Shown in pieces: positions 58,583-64,000 of a stretch of 64,000 bases of DNA (its first letter is position 1; each line of letters opens with the position of its first letter). The notes beneath the pieces were generated by a model. It was given only the letters and a program-made list of their open reading frames with translations. It had not been told where the DNA came from and did not search any database. Source of the DNA: Eledone cirrhosa (Eukaryota); NCBI GenBank assembly GCA_964016885.1, contig OZ024741.1, forward strand, positions 200,942,001-201,006,000. Direction: 5' to 3'. The position numbers were made by a program, and so were the translations under genes.

Positions 58583-59932
58583 TCACTTTCCTTGCGTCCT
58601 CTGCCCACTGAACCATATCACTCCTGCAACGTGATTCTTGAGTCAACAACCAACTTCAAATTAACTCACCGCTGCGAAGTTAGACACACATACACCCACA
58701 CACACACTAACACACACACTAACACATTATCAACATGTCAGCGAGAAGATGATGACAAACACAGCACTGAACACTTCACAAACACTTCTAAACTTAGTTT
58801 AACAATTGCTTAAACGGCCAGCAACCTCACATCCATTCATCAATCCATCCATCTATCTATCTATCTATCTATCTATACATACGCACACATATTCTTACAT
58901 AGATACACTCACATATACATATATTTACATACACATTCATTCATACATACAATCATACATACATACAAACAAACATACATACATACATACATACATACAT
59001 ACATAAAACATTACAGCAGTTCAGCATGTAATAAGTACATTACCATATTATTATAATACGATATATGTGTGTGTATGTGTGTACATACATATATGCTTCT
59101 ATATGTGTATATGCCCACATATCAGTCTATACTAACAGAAGTGTGTATATGTGTATCTATGTGAGCACACTTGTACCCGTACGTATGTAAGTGTGTGTGT
59201 ATATATGTCAGTGTGTACGTAGATGTCGATGTGTATATGTACACAATTTGATAGAAATAGTCGTAACCTCTAGGTACATAATTCTTAAAAATTAAATCAT
59301 CTTACTGATTGATATATTATAGCTAATATTAGCTTCCATAACTTTTATATTGCGTTTTCTTAAAATTGATTTGATTGTAAACTATAAGGAATATATGTTA
59401 TTAAATTGATAAGCCTTCATTTCACTCCCATATTGTATATTCATGTCAAAGTACGAGTATTAAAAATTCTAGTCACACTAAACTAAATAATTTATGCAGT
59501 TAAAAACTATTACAAACCTAGCCTTCCATAATTTTTAACGCTTTTCCTAAAAAATTGTTTAATTTTTTTTAAAATCCTCGTGTCTGGAGTTACGTTAACA
59601 TGCGGTCGGTAAATAAACATCTTTTTTATATTATCTAGTGATTCTGACGATTTCTCTACGGGGTAATTAAATGCTACCTCCTTCTGTATTAGAATGCATC
59701 ATGTAAATCAATTAAATAATGTATTGAACCATGGTTATTTATTTATTCATTTATATAGTATTTATTCATTTATATAACTAGAAATTAACAAATTGGATCT
59801 GATTCTGAACTGTCTTTTGCCAATATCAGTGTGGAAATAAAATCACATTAAAATTTTAAAACTCTGAATGCCTTACACAGTTGTATCATTGACTCATTTA
59901 ATCTACCTTATATATTTTCTCCTTTTCTTCCT

Positions 59933-60632
59933 CCACTTATTCCTGAGAGAGTCGTGGGGGAAGAGTTCTCAAACACTTCCTCCACCGGGTCCTGTCAGAA
60001 GCAACCGTCTCCAACTGATCCGGCTGGATCTCCAAGCGTGACCAACCAATCTCATGGATGTTATGCAACCATCTTGCTCGGGGTTTACACCTGGATCTCC
60101 TACCTGTTGGTTTCGTCCGCAAAATCTGCCTAGTGATTCTTTCCTGAGACTTTCTAGCCACATAATATTGGAGCTGTGATCACTCAATTCGGAGAAGTGG
60201 TAGTTCTACCTGGAACATTGCTGCATGGCTGGAATCAAAATCAGTGTTGCGAAAACTGGGATACTCGTCCTCTCAAGAAAGCCTGCACAGTGCACGCTAC
60301 ATGTGAATGGAGCTCCACTGAAGTAGGTGAAGTTCAAATACCTCGGGGCCGTGTTCACGAGTGTTGGAAGACAGGAGGTTGAATTAAATGCAAGAATTGC
60401 AAAAGCTGGTGCAGTAATGTGCCAGCTTCAGCATTCAGTAATCAGAAGGGAGGTAGTCACGAAGACCAAACTCGCTGTCTTCAATTCAGTATTCTTGTAA
60501 ACCCTTACCTATGACCATGAATCTTGGGTAATGACCGAAAGAATACGATCGTGAATACAAGCGGCTGAAGTGGGGTTCCTCCAAAGGGTCTTTGGTTACT
60601 CGATAAAGTGCGTAGCTCGGAGATCAGAGTCA
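59933..60632. mobile_element. RTE LINE 3' fragment with an internal inversion
   Basis: 59933-60214 (-) is the 3' end and 60215-60632 (+) encodes GIKISVAKT...FKYLGAVFT; both are homologous to 9765-10490. Confidence 0.8.
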
Positions 60633-60686
60633 TACCTACCATATTTATACACATGTACACGCACACACACACACACACGCACACGC

Positions 60687-60762
<76 letters not shown>

Positions 60763-61384
60763 GTATGTATAAGGTAAGTTCTGCCTGTGTATAATAAGCG
60801 GTTTCGTCAGGGTTTATTAAAATGTAAACCAGTATACCATTGATATTATAACTATCATATTAATACTAATATTAAATATATATATATACATGCCTAGGTG
60901 TAGAAACATATGTATATGTTCATGTCTTATGTAATTCAAAACATACAGATCCATACGTATACACACACAGACAGGCATATACTACTTAGTTTGTCCTTTC
61001 TTAATTCCAAGGAAAGAGCTCTGCTTTTGTATTAGAAACTGACTCAATCTCAATTGGTGAGCATACATTTTTTTAATAAAACCACCATTATTAGCGGGTC
61101 ACTTTACTAAAATGTGAGGTAAAAGTGCTTGGCTATTCCATCAATTTAGCCTCGCTATCGTCCGAACTATTGCTGTGGATGTTTTTGCTTGCTTCAAAAA
61201 TATTGTTTAGCGAAATACCAGCATTCCCTGTCGAAGCGTGAAATTATGTGTACACGTCTCTTCGTTTTTTTTCCTTCGAGTAAGGAGTTTGAAATTAGAT
61301 CCTTCTTTGATGAAGTCACTGCAGCATTTAATGTAGTTATATACCCTAATGGGGAACTTCAATGCACAAGGTAGCACTGACCGC

Positions 61385-62245
61385 GTGATATGGAAAGGAG
61401 TGATTGGAAGGAACGTGATCCCGATCTAAATACGAATGGAAAGACCTTATAAGACTTCTTCCGGCACAGAGACATCCATAAATATACATGGTATAAGAAG
61501 AATCAGAAACAGATCAATAATTGATTTTGCTATTGTCTCTGTTTTCTTCGATTATGTACTGGATGTTCGTGTTAAGAGAGGACCTAAATATTCACTGACC
61601 ATCAACTAGTTATATGTAACTTGAAACTACCTAAAACCCAGGAAGCTTACAAATCTGACAGGTCCAGGTCGATCTACAGGATAGTGAGAAGCTTTGGCAA
61701 ATAAAGAAGTCGGGACCAGGTATGCAAATAATATTGCATCCAAATTCAGAATTCTCCCTGAGCAAACTGAGGACGTTGAAACGGAGTGGAGACTGTTTAA
61801 AAAGGAAGTTTTTGCTTCAGTGAAATAAATACTGTGAGTGAAAGCAGCTTGGTGTGGTGCCGGGGGGAAGGAGGACTCCTTGGTTCAAACAAGTGGTCAA
61901 AAATGCCATCAGAGCGTGTCGACAATTTCAAATATCTCGGGGCTATGTTCACGAGTAATGGAAGGCAGGAGGCTGAATTGAGTGCAAGAATTGCAAGAGC
62001 TGGTGCAGTAATGCGCTAGCATTCAGTCATCAGAAGAAGGGAAGTGGGTATGCCAATGTTATCTTTGGGTACTCCCCAAAATAATACGATCGCAAATACA
62101 AGTGGCCAAAATGGGATTCTTCTGAAGGGTCCTTGGAGTAATGTTACTCAATAGAGTGGGTAGCCCAGAGATCAGAGTGTCGCTCCAGTTATAGCCGCTA
62201 CTTCTCAAAATTGAGAGATCACGGCTCCGATACTACGGACATGTG
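61385..62245 (+). mobile_element. RTE LINE fragments (APE region and RT thumb, internally deleted)
   Basis: HRDIHKYTWY...IDFAIVS...DHQLV, then FKYLGAMFTSNGRQEAELSARIARAG. Confidence 0.75.
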
Positions 62246-62441
62246 CATTTGTTAGTATTTTATACAACACTTTCTGTTCTTCAGTAACTTTGCAAAATCT
62301 TGCGCTCATACATGGTCAGTCATATCAACAACGATACAGTTGAATTACTTATCCTTATGCGTTTTCTGAGTAGCTACTACCATTCTATAAAGACTCGTTA
62401 AATATTTGTCTCCTTCTACCCCATCTCTCTCTCTTTATATA

Positions 62442-62483
<42 letters not shown>

Positions 62484-62485
62484 TA

Positions 62486-62535
<50 letters not shown>

Positions 62536-63948
62536 AGAGAGAGAGAGAGAGAGGAGGGGGGGTCGTGCGCGTGTTAGACAAAAAAAATTATTACGACTTC
62601 AAAGTTCGACAATTGCGACTCATCAGTCTGTTGACGGCGAAACACCGTAGTCAGTGACACCATACTTTTAGCTAATATTTCTGTAATAAAATCTTAAAAC
62701 TCATGTATTGTGTCCTCTTTCAGAGAATATTATGTGCTGGTTTATGTTATATATATATATATTTGTGTGTGTGTGTGTGTGTGTGTATGCAATCGAAATT
62801 GTTTCAGCAAGCTCCGGCCATGACCCATGGGTTCTTTATTCTTACTCACACACATTCACACACACATTATTCCAGCCACCACACCAATACACGCACTCCC
62901 ATTCACAGCACCTGTATATACCTTTACACACACGTATACCACCCCATACACATAACCCTCAAATTCCTACCTACACACATGCATATCAGCCCTATTGGAT
63001 CCATCGGTCCCACAACGCGCAAGATATAGCTTTCCATGCACAAAACATGCATACACACGCATACGGTTGCAACATCCGCATATATATTTGCATCCCCGCT
63101 CATTATAACAGCATCTACACCACTCCATCCACCCCCCACTCCCCCCTACACGTTTAGATACATTAGATACATGCACGCATCTGTGCCCACCTATGCACGT
63201 ACGCATATACACTCCTTCAAGCATCACCCCTCCACCCACCCCGGCATATAACACTCCGTGTCTCTCGCTTGTGTGTGCATGTATCTCCCTGCGTGCGGCT
63301 GTGTTTGCACAGCACCAAATTCATTCCAACATTCCAGCATTTACTCCATTCCAGCATTTACTCCTCCGGTCCACTTCCCGGTTCTATCTACTCCACGTGC
63401 GCAGTTCAGCTGTTTGCAGTTGTCCCACCATACCATCGTACCCGAAGCAAGCAGTTTCTCTTCAGGCCATGTCATGAAATAAGACAAGGCTTTGATTATA
63501 TTCGCTACTGTCTCTCTTTCTCTACAGTCTCTTGCCATTGTTTCTATGAATTTGTGTATGTGTCTCTGCGCAGAATTACTCACACATTGGCCTGCCTCCC
63601 TACGTTGGTCAGCTCATGCACGCGTGGCCACTGACACCTTAACACTCAACAGTAGCCAGCCCTGTTACGGTTTAACGCACATCCATTCACAACATTGCAC
63701 AGACAAACAAACAAACAAATCAACACACTCGCACACACATGTCCACACAAAATATACAAGGAATATCTCCTTTTCTAAACCTCTCTAATATCTAAGATAC
63801 CCACTGACCAGCATTTCCCCAAAATGGCTGACTGATGATACACCTACATTTTTCTAAATAAAATGTTTCTTTCCGTTTCTTAAATCACATTCACAGACAT
63901 ACATACATATACGTACATATATATCTATGTATCTATATACATACATAC

Positions 63949-64000
<52 letters not shown>

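Overview
This is repeat-saturated eukaryotic (metazoan) DNA with no supportable intact host gene; nearly all listed ORFs are translations of (AT)n/(CA)n/(CT)n microsatellites. The microsatellite load and SINE types suggest a cephalopod/Octopus-like genome (inference only). Recognisable mobile elements are a DD37D (maT-type) Tc1/mariner with TIRs, decayed RTE, Dong/R4-like and Tx1/L1-like LINE fragments, many tRNA-like SINEs, two decayed Penelope-type GIY-YIG endonuclease remnants and a 31-bp minisatellite. The most striking structure is a population of short (about 130-420 bp) cassettes sitting inside (AT)n tracts. They belong to several sequence-unrelated families that carry type-I hammerhead ribozyme folds (CUGANGA...GAAA...NUH). 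Many are fold-back palindromes, in some cases with a complete hammerhead on both strands, and they share a small ACTC/GAGT hairpin about 40-55 nt from their 3' end. They look like a microsatellite-targeting, Penelope-derived, ribozyme-bearing element system. All folds were assigned by eye, and element boundaries are approximate.
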